DNA of 64,000 nt, from assembly GCA_010015585.1 (NCBI GenBank), contig ML975185.1; one strand, 5' to 3'. The notes below the pieces were generated by a model. It searched no databases and was not told the origin of the DNA. It worked only from the letters and a program-made list of their open reading frames with translations. Position numbers and translations under genes: made by a program. The stretch is from Eremomyces bilateralis CBS 781.70 (taxonomy: Eukaryota). Below, in pieces: positions 10,697 to 24,009 of the stretch. Within the stretch, counting starts at the first letter, position 1, and the number at the start of each line of letters is the position of its first letter.

Positions 10697-12843
10697 TCAT
10701 ACTACCGTCTCCTTGCTAGCCGCATCGCTACGCACTTCCTTTGAAACCGGCACGGCAGCCTGGCCCTCCAAATCTTCTACCTTTCCCTTCGGACCCACGG
10801 TTCCAGTAGGCAACATGTTCAAACGATCTTCTGCGTGGTCAAGATCGCGGTAGAAGAAAAAGAATATGACCCCGGCGATGGCAGAAATCACCGCCATAGC
10901 CCCGTAGTTCCACACAAGCAGCGGATCCTCGGATAATGGTATGAACGCTTCGCCAATAGCGGAGCCGATGGCTGACATGAAAAGACTGAAGGCCATGACA
11001 AGAGATCGCATGTTCTTCGGGGCCTTGCTAAAGGCATACTCGTAAGAGGTGATGGAGGCGAAGATCTCGGAGATGGCAATCAGAACGTAAATTCCAGTTT
11101 GTGCCCAAACATTGATGTTTGTCGGTGCACAGCCCTCCCCGGTAGCATCGGTCCCACATTCGGAATCGCGGTAGCTAGTACTGTCAGTTGTGTGAAGTAC
11201 TAGAGGGAGTCAGGAGGAAACTCACATATATACTTGTAGCACGCATGCCCAGATCATCGCCATAGAACCGACCCAGAATCCAGCAGTGATCTTCTTAATC
11301 GGAGTAAAGTTGATTCCAACCTTCCGTAGACCCGGATAGAGGAAGGCGTTGCAGATAGGGATGAAGATAATAAGAGCGAAAGGGTTAAGGTTCGCAATGA
11401 TATCGTTGGGTACGCCGTGTAATGCCATGACAGCGGCTTGGGATGTCAGGTTGTTGTTGATCTGGTTATAGGTGATCCAGTAGAGCGGCATCCACAGGAA
11501 TACGCTGCATGCGGCAAATCCACGAGCAACCTCATCAACCCTAACAAGTCAGTATGAGAAATAAAAAATGTTGTTCAAGATCAACTCACCAAGCATCGTC
11601 AAAAGTGTACCAAGAAGGGCGTCCTTCCATTGGGACACTTGACGGTTTCAGACTGTTCCAGAAGGTACCGTCGTGCATATGCTTGTAGGTTGCCCATGGG
11701 TTCAGATGCCATCGTCCCTTCGTGCCCCTGATCAAGAGTTTGGTGGCGGGTCCCAATACGCTGCCCTCTGGAGGAGTTAATTTGTACATCTTCTTGCAGA
11801 AGAAGAGCACTGGCAGCGTGGTGATAAACATGGCCGTGGGAATGAAAAAAGACAGCCAAAATCCGACATATCTCTCGGCGTAAACCATAGAGATTTGGCC
11901 AACAATGGCACCGATGTTGATGGCGAAGTAGAACCAATGATATACGCTCGACGTCGTAACTGCAGGGTCAACGATGACGCGCTCCCCAGATTTCAGTGTC
12001 TTGACTCTTAATCCCTCAAGAGGGATCTGCTCTGCAATGAGAGGAGAAATATTCGGTTTGAAACCACCGGTCCCGATTCCCATGATGATCACGCCAACAA
12101 TGAAACACCCAAGCGCAGAGTTTGGAGTTGCCATGACAGATGGCGCCGCAGAGGCGGTCAAGATAATATGGCCGACGATAGCCACGAGCGCCGAAATCCA
12201 GATAGTCCGGAAGCGTCCGAGATAGGTATCTGCAACCCAGGCACCGAACAGGGGAACAACGTATACCCAGAACTAATATATGTTAGCGCTTGGCAGTTAG
12301 TTGATGAATTGAATGACATACACTATTGAAAGTCGTGAGGCCGGTCGACGCCCGTTGCCCTAGGCCTAAGGCACCTGGTTGCGCCTGTTCATCGCTAGGA
12401 TTGAGCGCTCGTCCAGTATCTGTCCCTGGATTCGGCTGCTGGATGAAATTGACGAACACCTGGTAATTTATTCAGCGCTTCATTGCTATTGAATCCTCGG
12501 GCGAAGGCATACCTGAACTGTGCCGTAATATGAAAGACGCTCGACAAGCTCGACGAAGGCAACTGTATACACCTTAAAAGGGATACGTTCGGAAACTCGT
12601 CGAAGCGTGCGTAGATCCTCCTCGGTGGGAAGGTCCTTGTCTTGAACGTCGTATTCGCTCTCCTCTGCCACCTTTTCGTCGTACTGTGGAGGAGGCTCGA
12701 TCACATCAGAGCTCGGACGCCTCATTAGATCGCCGTTGCCAATGATGAGACTCGGGTCATGTTTCTCGCCAGCGAACTGATGTCCATTAGCCTAGTGTTT
12801 TCAAGAAATTATTTGGGAGTCGTAAACGTACGGTGTCTGCCAT
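10697..12843 (-). CDS. PTR2: POT/PTR family di-/tripeptide transporter, about 6 exons
   Basis: ELVERLSYYG (ExxER motif), GTGGFKPNIS, FYFAINIG and YEYAFSKAPKNMRS across successive exons. First exon MADT from ATG 12843, followed by about five short GT-AG introns. Confidence 0.92.
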
Positions 12844-15387
12844 CTCGCCAGAAATCGAGATCCAGTCCGAACAGGGAACGGAGAAACAACCAAGATACCA
12901 CCAGATAGCTCAGGTGCGCTTACGGCACTGATAATCGTGTGGGATGCGTGAGAGTTAAAGATTCAGCCGAAATGGAGAGGCATGCGGTCGATATAAGTGG
13001 CACGGATGGAGACCGGGTGGCCACGCTGGAGGCGTTCTCCCGGGTTCCATCCCCCGGATTCCCTTCCGGGAAAGAAAACCTAAACGTGAAGACTTCATTT
13101 TGTCTAGGTCGACAGAGGCGGCGTTCGCCACCCGACCGCATTTTAGATCCCTAGGCTTGCGAGACATGCGAATGATTGAAGCTGATGATTGTCCGATTGC
13201 GGCACTGTCGCACGGGCCGGGGATGAGACAGCGGAGGGTTCCACATGGCAACGGGGTTGAGGTATCTGGTACAGACTACCTACGGTACCGGTACGAAACG
13301 CCTGATGTCGATGGTGTATGACTGTCCAGCCTGAATTATGTACGGGACACTATAGCATGTCGTTAGAACGTCTGTAGAACTTGTAGCTTTTGCTTTTAAG
13401 CCTACCCACAGACTTGGCGTGTGTGCTTAATATTGGCAGTTAAGCATGGCTAAGACTTGGCCAAGGACCTGGACTCTGAAATCGATATGATATCCGAACT
13501 TGATCGGCGACGACGACGGTCGCATCGATAAAAGTGGCGATTTGGTGGAGTGGCTAGTGGCGGAATGGACTATAGTCCGGTACCATCTGAATATCTGATA
13601 CAGCAGCGAATTTAGTTTATGGAGTGACAGGAAGAAAGAAATAAAGGGAGAATTGGTAACAAAAAGTTTGTGAGTGGCCAAAAGCTTCCATTTCAGCCTC
13701 ACCGGCGCCGTTTTCGGTACCTGCCCCCGGTTTGTACGTTCCGGCCGGGACTGCTGTTCGGATAGTCTAGCAATTAATTAATTAAGATCAAAGATTACCT
13801 AGAGGCTCCGGACCGGAATTCTACGGAATATTTCCGTCGACGGGAAGTACGATTGAGCCAATTGGAGAATTTCTTCTTAGGACTTCTGCACTAGATATAT
13901 CCCGTTATCGGCCTATCGGGGTCGCCTCCGGCACCATCGCCAGAAATTCGAGGTCCTGCCATCAACCATCCCGTCTTGTGTGTGCACCTCCGGAAGTGTG
14001 GAGGAATCCCTTTTCGGGGAAATCCGATCCAAACTCGGTGCCGGTCTACCGGCTGATGGACTCCGGTCCCGGCGTTTCAGTCTCTTCGGAGTTTTGGATC
14101 GCTCGGCACCGAGTATGGGATCTTTTATCTCTCGCGAATGGAATCCTTCAGTGATCCGATCAGACGATGCCTTACTTTGACATACTCCCCCTCCAACCGA
14201 AAGTCTGTGCTTCCGTGCATCATCTTCGATTCGAAAACGGTTCTGTTGAGTCCGCCCCAGCCCACTTAACGAATCGATTGATTCCTCGGGAACGACTGTT
14301 CCGCACATAATTAGTACCTGTAGAGGCGCTGGAGGCAAGTCCAACAGTAAGGAAATGAGGGAATCATGACGGGAAAATAAATTCCAATGCAATCTTCAAT
14401 CTAGGCCTTCGGTCGGCTGTGGCCGCTATCGCTGATCAAGGGATCATCCAACATGACTTGTTCTGGGCCACATGTTTTTTTTAAAAATCGATCTTATGGT
14501 ATGCAACTGGGGTAGTCCGTAGTCGTTGAGCCAAATGCCGATCGGAATCCATTACCTGAGAAATGAGAGTTCGCTTTGAACAGCAAAGCTGCAATAAAGG
14601 AGAAAATATTCTGAATGCTTCACTCATAGAAATTGTTGATATGCTGTCCTGCGCTTGTGGTCAACGTTTATGAATGTTTGACGAATTCGTCCATTCATAA
14701 ATTAGAGGCGGAAAATTAACAACCGTACATTTGATACATTCGGGTTTTAATTGGAGCCATTGCACTTGAAGCTCTTTGCTAATGTCGGGAAAGACCACTG
14801 AATAGACTGAATGCTACCAAGTACCCACACTGGAGTTTATAATTGGCTGTTGTACGACCGAGCGAATGCCACAGCACCAGCAGTATTCGGGTATATACAG
14901 CTTGGGATGTCCCGGGATCCGACTTCTTCGTCCGGTTCCCACGCCAGAAGATTCATCGAAATGGGACCTTCAGAAGAGACGGCTAAAATATAGGGGAGAG
15001 AGAAGTTCGGTCCTCAACTAGACCAGACCCGTATTAGGAACCGGATTCATAGCCTTTGTAACATCCACCGAAACGGAGTGTATGCAATATTCTTTAAGGG
15101 GACCATGTGACATCTCGAAGCTTACTCGTCGACGTGCTTATCATCACCACATTTGGGATACTAAATGATTGCGCGGCCATGAGGGAGGTCAGTGACTTTG
15201 ACGTTTGAAAGCTTGGGCACCACACAGCGATTGAACGGGGTTAGGTTGGAAGTCTATGGTGAAAGATAGGGACCTATATTCTAGGAAAGGAACAAGGAGC
15301 AACGGCTATTACCCAGAGCAATACACTTGACTTTCAAGGAAGACTGAGCATTGGATATGACCATATTTAGGAGTAATATACTACCTT

Positions 15388-18136
15388 CTATATAGTACTG
15401 CGGCGGAAATGCATCCGTATCCCATACCGTTTCCGACTAAGATTCCCCACAGTCACGCCATCCCTCCGATCATTCCACCTCCTCGACGTATCCATTTTGC
15501 CGCCTAGGATACGTTTCTTCAGGATATACTGTAGATACTCCGTGGGCAGCCCATCGAGCCGGCCCTGCGCCACAAGCCGCCGGAACCGCCCGCTCTCCAT
15601 GCGCTCGAGAAAATTCCGCATCCGTGCCAACTTGTCGCTGTACGGCGCGAGGGAGGCCAGGAACTCCACCGCCTGCGCCTCCCCTTCGATATTAGAGATG
15701 AGGGCGGCGATGTAGCGTTGCATGGAGAGGCTGACGGGGCGCATACGTGCCAGTTGCTCGTGGACCGCGATGTGGATCAAGGCGCGGGCCAGGGAAGGTT
15801 GGATGGGGATGTTGCGGCGCTGGAGGATTTGACAGCAGTAGAAGACGTTGCGGAGTCGGACTCGGTAGGGATATTTGCTGACGGTGGCGAACGGCCATGC
15901 GATGTCGTGCATAAGTTGCACATACTCTGGGGTGAAGTCCTGACGCGCAATCTGGGTTCCTTGACTCTTGTTGGTCGTTGAGGGACGGCCTGAGTTGTTC
16001 GTCGCACCCAAGTGTTCAGCAAGTCCAGTAGCGCCAGGTGGGGCAAGACTAGCCACACTGTAGTTTCTATACCGTACGATGTTGAAAACCTGGTCACTAT
16101 GGCAACCGTTTTGAATCATGGCGGTTAAGTACTCCGTCCAGTACTTCAAGATGGAAACGCCAGCCTTTCCGCTGGATTCATACCAACCCGCTCGGCTAAG
16201 GACAGATGCCACCTGATCGTGATGGACCGCGATACCGCTACGTCTGACGTCGCCGAGTAGCTGGAAGAAGATCGAGGTTCCCTGAGTGCGCAGGACAAGC
16301 GTGAAAACGTCCGACATCATATGTGCCTGAATAATCCCGCAACTCTTCACCGCCAGGAGAAGTAACCTGTAAGGGAGGTGAGGCGGCGAGCCTACTTCCT
16401 CGGCGGCGGCTTGACAGGAGCGGAGAAACGTATCCTCCAGTTCTTGAGCGTGGTTGAGACAAACACCACACGAAGATGCCCATCGATGGATTAGAATCCG
16501 GCAAAGTGTGGAATCATCTATCCCGTTCCGATGTATCACAACGTCCAATGGATCTAGATGTTGCGCGGCGACACAGAGGACGGCACTCCAGTTGATGGAA
16601 CAGAAAGTCTGTGACTGCATGTCCGCAATTTTGAGAACGCCAATCCATTTGTCCACGATGGCCTGCTTGGTCTTCGTCGGCCCATCCGACGTATGTAGAT
16701 GGTCGCTGAATGAGGTGCAGAAGTCCGTGTCAACCGATGGCCGTAGGTCTAAAAGGATTTGTGCAATGTTTTGCTCCGTGAAGGCCGAGTGACCTGCAGA
16801 ATCGGATGACCCCTTGCCCATGCCTGGCAGTTTCCGGAGCAAGTCCATTACAGTCATGGCGGGGGTAAAGGTCTCATCGATCTCGGAATCGAGCCAGAGG
16901 GTTCGGTGCAGTCGAATCACGAGAGATCGCCAGTTCTCGAGCTCATGGGGGGCGACATCTCGTTGTCGTAGACGCTTAAGAATTGCCTGTGCTACGTCCT
17001 TCCATAATGGTATCCGTTCGGAAACCCTGTCCGTGGAGGGCTTCGGCTTGTATGTTAGTGAGTCATATGTCCAGAGTGGCAACGTGGATGCGCTTTCAAG
17101 TGACTCGGTGTCGCCAGGAACGTTCGGGGTGGGTGAGCACACTCGAGTCCACAGCTCTTCAATCCGACCGAACAGCGCTGGAATTTCGTATTCTCTGCCG
17201 GCATGCGCTTTGATAGCGGACTTGAGATGCCGGTGCCGCACTCCAGCCATGACGAGGCGAAAAAATGCCGACCGCTCGTCCACGCCGGTCCGTTGCACCA
17301 CGGTCGCGACAATATCCACGTCCTTGAGAAAATCGGGATTGAAAATTTGCCAAGCCACGGCACCAGCCTGTTGTTCTCTGCTCAAGCACTGGAATATCAA
17401 GTGCGAGAAAGCGTCGTTGTCTAAGTCCGTGGTCGTATAGGACTGCCGTATCCGGTCCAGTTGTCGGATAGTGCCAGATAAGGAGGCAAGCTCCTCAAAG
17501 CATTGGCTACGTGGAGTCGGTGAAAGCCATTCCCGAGATAAAGCGGAAATTAAGGATGGTGAGGAGGGTTCTAACCGATTGCATTGCGGCATAGATGTAT
17601 CTCTATCTGCTCCTTCGTTAGCCTCGTCACCCTGATAGGGGTTAAAAAAGTGCCCTACACTTACCAGCGTGCGCAGCATCATGACGGCTCACGTCCTCGC
17701 CTGGCTCTCTTCTATACCGTTCCCTTTCGTTCGTCTTTGGAGCCTCCCACATCAACTCCCCCATCGTCGGCACCCTCGCGTCCAACCCAAGTGACCGTCC
17801 ATTCCACCCACCGAGACCCAACCCGCCGCCCCACGCCCACTCTATCGGTGCGCCCCCGTCGCTATATGCCTCGACCGTCGCGCCCATCCGCCTCCGCGCC
17901 AGCCGTCGATTCGCCTCGAGCGGACCAGGGACGTTGCTACCATGGCGGCGGGAGCAAAGGGCTGGTGCAGGAGGGACGCCGGAGCACGCGCGGGGAGCGC
18001 TGCGACACGAGGACGGGGCGGGAAGGGCGCTGGAGGTGCGGAGGAAGCGGTGGAAGGCCTCGGTGAGGAGGGTGTCAGGAATCCAGACATATGGGGAGCG
18101 AAGGGGGGAGGAGGAAGGGACGCGGCGAGGACGCAT
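15388..18136 (-). CDS. Uncharacterised ~900-aa protein, probably mitochondrial
   Basis: Exon 1 17665-18136 joins the 764-aa ORF in frame through intron 17607-17664 (GTAAGT...GCTAAC...CAG). Arg/Ser-rich N-terminus and motif RRHGSNVPGPLEANRRLARRRM. Confidence 0.75.
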
Positions 18137-19299
18137 AGGCTGGCATTGGGGCTCGGAATTCGAGGACAGGATAGGATGGGGGTGGGATTAAAGAGGAAGA
18201 CGGGATTAGAAGGAGTTTTCGTCGTTAGATGGGACTGGACGAGATCTGTTAAGGCAATTTTGGGGTGCAATTGGACTTGGATAGTTACATGCAAGGTGAA
18301 GTTGGAAAGCTTCAATTCACTGGTGAGCTTTTTGGCTTGGCTTCCATTGGCTCCCTAGTTTTCCCCACACTCTGGGCCAGCAACACAGAACGAAATAAAT
18401 ACGAATGCATCTCACGCGTTGATACTGCTCATACTGTGGGAGGAGCTTTTATTTTCAACTCTTATTATCGCATTTAACCCACTCCTAAAGAGTGAAGACG
18501 ACGTGATGGCATTTCCTGGCACGGAAGGGATGAATCATTGTATGAATGTTGAAGCACGAGGTCATTTGCATTTCCATATTCTACAGATGCCAATCCCATA
18601 CATCAAGAAAATCAAAGAAAATCCAATGCCGCCTTGGAGGCAGGTCAAATCCGCCTCGTCATCAAATGGACAGCGCATATCCAGGAAAATCCTCTCGATC
18701 TTCCTCTTAGATTTCCAAATCACCCATCCAACACAATTGTCCCCAGGGGTTCTTTCCATGCGGACAAGGTGACGGCATGGTTTCCTAATCCACTCAAGAG
18801 ATGCTCTGCCACTCACGACGCCAAAACCCCATCGCCTCCACCAGGCGATGTCCAAGGTCCAAAATATTGCCCAACCAGTAAGGGAAGGTGGGCGAGCCGA
18901 ATGTATATTCATCGTTAAGGAGCGTTAGGGAAATGAAGGATTCCCAGAATCCTCCAAAAGGAGCGAATCGACAAGAGGGAGAGACATGGACCATTTGTTT
19001 CGGAACGATGCGACTGCGAAAACGCCAGTGGAACGCTAAAGGAGAAAGGGGGCGTGGCCGGGATCTATGGGGCGGGAAAAATGAACGCGGCCAACGTGCG
19101 GATTGGACCGTGAAGGGTCGAAAGGGTATCGCAGACCATTCGATCCAACCAAGAGGAGGCAACATGCTGGCCGGAGACCATGATTAATTGTCGCTGAAAG
19201 GAAACAAGGGATAGCCCAGAACCGATGAGGAATACCGAGTTCTGGACGCAGCGAGCAAGACATCAAGGACGATGGTCATTGCTGAGCTGACTGCCGTGT

Positions 19300-20237
19300 C
19301 TACCGTCCGTCGTCGGGGTTCGTCACTTTCAGGATCCTTCGGCTGTAGTCTTGATTGTCCGCAATGCTTCCGTCGCTCATCCTGCGATGCATCACCGCTT
19401 CCGGATCCAGCCTCGAATCACCGGAGCTGCCACTCTGGCTGCCGTGGGAGCGTCCATTTTTCACGAAATCGCTGACAGCGGCTTGTCGCTTATGTTCTTC
19501 CTCGAGTTCCCTCCTCCTACGTTGACGGAGGAAGAAGAATACGCCGCCGATGATACCAGCGATGGCCAAGACACCGACCACGACGCCCACGGCGATCCCG
19601 ACCTTGGAAGGAGAACTTCCTTTGGATTTTTCGGGGTCCGCCGTCGGCTCTTGAGTGACAACGACGGTGGAACCACCCACGGTGATGACCCCGGTACTAG
19701 ATCCGGGTCGACGAGAGGCGGCAGGATCACCTGGATTGTTCGCATCGAAATGAGCGATTTGGTTCTTGGTGATACCCGTGAGGTAGACACTCCAGTAGCC
19801 GTTACCACCACCTACGAATCTCGATTAGCGTTCTATCCCAATTACGATAAGGAAAACTGGATGGGATGAGACGGTTGACTCGTCTACTTACACATATCAT
19901 CTGGGAAGCCGTTGCAGGGAGTGTTGCAACTCGTGTTGTCCGTCTTCGCGTCTTCCTGTGGTAGCAGATCTCCACACCAACAGTTCGAACCATCGCTGAG
20001 AGCCATAACTGGCTTATTGAACTGATAGCAGATGGGCTGACAGTTGCCGCTAGTTTGGAAAGTGTAGGGGCCATGATCGGTCAAGGGCTCTGGCGTCGCA
20101 TAACAGCCATCCATGGTAAGAGCTTGCATTTTAACGGTCGTTGAGGCTGTTTCCACCTTTTGTGCGGATGCAACAGTCAGAAGGGAAAGAAATACGAAGG
20201 CCGCCATGCCGACTCGCTGTCTTGATGACGATGACAT
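19300..20237 (-). CDS. WSC-domain cell wall stress sensor (Wsc1/Slg1-like)
   Basis: Signal peptide, Cys-rich WSC domain (GCY...CQPIC...CWCGD...CNTPCNGFPDDMCGG), Ser/Thr-rich stalk, one TM helix (VGIAVGVVVGVLAIAGIIGGVFFFL), tail SIADNQDYSRRILKVTNPD. Intron 19812-19891. Start may be 20237 or 20207. Confidence 0.92.
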
Positions 20238-23200
20238 GTTGGATGCTAGTTGTGGGAGTCTCGTATGTTCTGGGAGGGATGTCGAGTAAAATGGGGGAGT
20301 CAGGTAGAGCGGAAATGCACTACAGGCACGGTGGTTGATCCAGCTTGGACAACTTGGCCAGTCAACTGATGAACCATCCATGATTAGCATGCTGTGTAGT
20401 GGCAGTGGAAGCTTTGGGACAAGGAGATGGAGCGATATACCTTTTGTACTTGGACTCAATCCACTGCGACCTTACACGGCGAGACCAGCGATCCGATCCC
20501 TCGCTACCGTGGTATTCTTTGAAAAGAGGGCCACGGAGTCGATCGGGCCTTTCCTAGACAAATGTCGACGTCGAAATATTCAACGACCCGTAGTCGTGAA
20601 AAGGATATCGACAGCTTGAATCGGTGGCTGTCGTATAGTCAGGGTCAACGAAGTCTGGTTCGGTCGACCAAACTTTGTGTGGCTGGCGCAGAGGTGCTCG
20701 TGGGTATCGAGGGAAGTCTGGGAAGTCCGGCAGTAGGCGACCAGCGACGGACGAGATGGGTATCTGAGGACGTCGACGACTGTCTAACTTGACCTATTCC
20801 TTTTCGGAAACAGGAGGAGACGATGAGAAGTCGAGATGAAGTCGAGATGGATTCCGTTGAAGTGGACCGTGGAAGAGACTGGAAATGGAATGCAATTCAG
20901 CCGACGTGGTGTTTCAGAGGTCCGGGTGGTGTTAGGGCCAAACGAGATTGACCCCTTTCTCGACCAAGGGCCCAACCCGAACGATGGAGATTCGACAACG
21001 ACACTAGGGATGGATTCTCGAGGGAGATGGATAAAAATGAATGACGGATGCACGATAACGAGCGTCTGGATGGAAATATGGAAGAGAGGGAATGGTAGAA
21101 TGAGGAGTCGGTGGTGTGGAAGAGGTGGAAATGACGCAGGATAGCGAGAGATGGATAGGCACTGGAAGGAAGCGGAGAGAGGAGGCGTGACAGTGACTTG
21201 TGCGTGTGTCTCGGCGTCTCGGTGTCTTTGGTGAGGAGTTGGACGGGAACAGACTGGGACAGGGGTACTGTCAGACTTAGAGACTGGCGGCGAGGAATTG
21301 GCAATTAGGGGAATTGGGGGGGAATTGGGGGGAATTGAGGCCAAGATTGCAAGGAACCGCAGGGAGACCAAGGCACTTTCCTTGTTTGATTCCTTCGACG
21401 CGGCATGCCAGGCACGGTTAAGTCCAGATGCCAAGGGAAATGGCCTATCACGCCAATCAGATCCCAATAAAAAGTGGGGAGAGCACTGGCGCTTGCAAGG
21501 GGAGAGGCAGTGAAATGTGAATGGACGTCGGAAGGCAGGTGATGATGCCAATCCATACCAACAATCAATACGACGGATGGTACATTATTGTATCCCTCGC
21601 GGTTTGATGATTGGACAAAAAGAACAATACTAACTCAGGAACGTCAAGTGTGTGAGGTTCTCTGTACGCATAATGTAACAGCATTAAGGGCATAAGGCAT
21701 AAGCATCATTCTGTGAGGGCCGCGGGGGTAGATATCACTTGTACCAGAACTCTCCGCTGGGACAGGGGGCCGCGGAGATGAAGTCTGCGTGGGTGCAATT
21801 TATCCGTGCCACACTCACTGCCACACTGTGTGTGTCTGTACCCAGTAAATAACACTCAGTAAAAAATACTAAACAGACGATCCGTCAGAAGATTTCCTTA
21901 ATACTGTCCAGTGTCCACTGTACGGAGTTACAGGTGTAAACTGGGCCACTGGGGTAATCAGATGATGAGAGTTGAGTCCGGCCGAGGCGCTGGTCGCGGG
22001 ATAGTGGATGATCGCACTCCTCAACCATGAAACGGTTAAATATTAGCATCAATTCAACTGCTTCTCCAATCATCTGGATCTGATCATCAACCCCATCGTT
22101 TCAATTATTATCATTGTTTTTCTGTTCGCCCTGTCCGTTACGGACAGAAGAACCTTGAGCACCCATTTCACCCCGCCACAGCGTCTCGACCATTCATGAT
22201 CCAATCCAACCAGAACTTTTGAGTTAGGACTCCATCTCACCCCGTTGGACAGTCTAACTGTTTCGAACCGTTTCTTGCGGACTCCGGACTTTGCCTGTCC
22301 TGTAAATAGAATACCAGGCTGACTGATATTACACAACATCACAAGCAAAGGTAATGGTTACACTTTATAAAGTTCTCTGGCAGCCCTATTCGTTGCATGC
22401 GCCTCTTGAAATCTGAATCCGTGGAAAGCGGCAGCAGGAGAAACCCATCAAATCTCCAATGGTTTCGGGCTTCGCAGACTTCGCTACATCCGTATCCCTT
22501 GGAGCCAAACCCGAGGCGCCATAGCTCGTAAATGTACGTATCCTGAGTCCCAGAATGAAGTCCATGCCCCAGTGACCGGGAAGTTGAGCCATGGCTTTTA
22601 CGAATGGGCTCCAAAATCCAGATCTAGACTCTATGAGTTGCTCCGCGGGAAAAGCAATATTATTTACGGGGCCCCCAGCAGATATTCAGCTGGCTTGAAC
22701 CACAGGCAAAACCGGACGCCCTGGAGCTTAGAGGACGGAAGGTAGGCCAATTTGTCCTGTGATGGCCATGAAGCACGTTTCATCGCCTCCAAGCCAGACT
22801 TCTGAAACTCGCGGCACAAGTGCTTGTCCCTTCTCGGCTTTGTCCCATCAGATCTTTTCACAATTCACATCTTGACGTACCCCAAGGCCCAGAGTCCAGG
22901 GACATCTGCTCCAAACACCCCATATCACTCAGACCAGCTTCACCCCTGAATTTAATACTGCGGTTGCTGTGCTTTGTTGAGTTTATACAAACTGCAACGA
23001 CACAGCCTCAAATTTGTCCTAATCCAGTTAGCCATATCCTCTATCCACTAATTGGTTATTGGATAATATTATTTATTACACAGTTGTGCCCTATTTCTGC
23101 TTCACATAAACAAAGGACCGACGCTCATTGACGGTCGACCCACAGAAGCCGCTCTGCCCTCAAAGACATCGTTATTCGTTCCTGAGCGACCGTATCACCA

Positions 23201-24009
23201 CCTGGCAAAAGCAGATCAGGCTAGTACCAATTCGGTCAACATCGTCCGCGATCAGCCGGTCAAACGCAAGGAGTCGGTGGCGTCGGTGCTGCACCAATAC
23301 GGAGTACTGCTGCGGTCTGGTGGAGGCCAGGAGAGTTTTCATGTGGATCGATAGAGCGAGAATGTTGAGAGGATCCATAATCCAGATTCCAGGCTCTCAA
23401 ATAGAATGCGGTTTTGGTCCGGGCGTGGCCTGGGTGGCATTCTGGAATCCAGAGTCCATGCAGGAACCGTCAAATCACCAATGCACCAGCTCAACGGGTC
23501 GGGTTATCACGACGTTCATTCGAGAGGCACAAAGGGGCGGAAGAGGCGTTCCTTTCTGGGTGAATAAATAGATTTTAATCATTTTACTTCTCAACCGTTT
23601 CTATGGGTGGAGACACGTGTAAAAGGAAAGCGGGACCCATCCTCCACCTTCAGTTGGATCTGATGAGTCGGACCAGAAAATCAGATGTTGCGTATCTGCA
23701 TGCTCACTGCTCACTGCTGACTGCTGGGAATGGGATTATGGGGTCTTCTATTTCTGATCTGGGTGAGCTGCTGGCCACGCATCGTGGAATCGGACATGTG
23801 GCAATTGGTGCTAGGCAGATGATTTCAAACTGACCACCAAAGCATCTGGGGGATTGATACGTTTGTCAATGAGGTTTTGAAGGCATCTGATGTTTTTACA
23901 TTGTGTTCCTCATGTTGGATGGCAGAGCCATTTGCGCGGTACTACAGAAACTCGACCATGGCGAGGATGAATCGGTAGGGCATTCTCGAGTCTCGAGACC
24001 ACCTTATTT

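Noticed and set aside
13913..14392. 159-aa ORF upstream of PTR2
   Set aside because: No recognisable domain or splice structure; lies in a CGG-rich probable promoter region.
20784..21551. 255-aa Pro/Ser/Leu-rich ORF upstream of the WSC gene
   Set aside because: Composition reflects a pyrimidine-rich leader or promoter, not a protein.
23128..23571. Protein-like short frames in the WSC-RRP6 intergenic region
   Set aside because: No homology recognisable and no coherent gene model.
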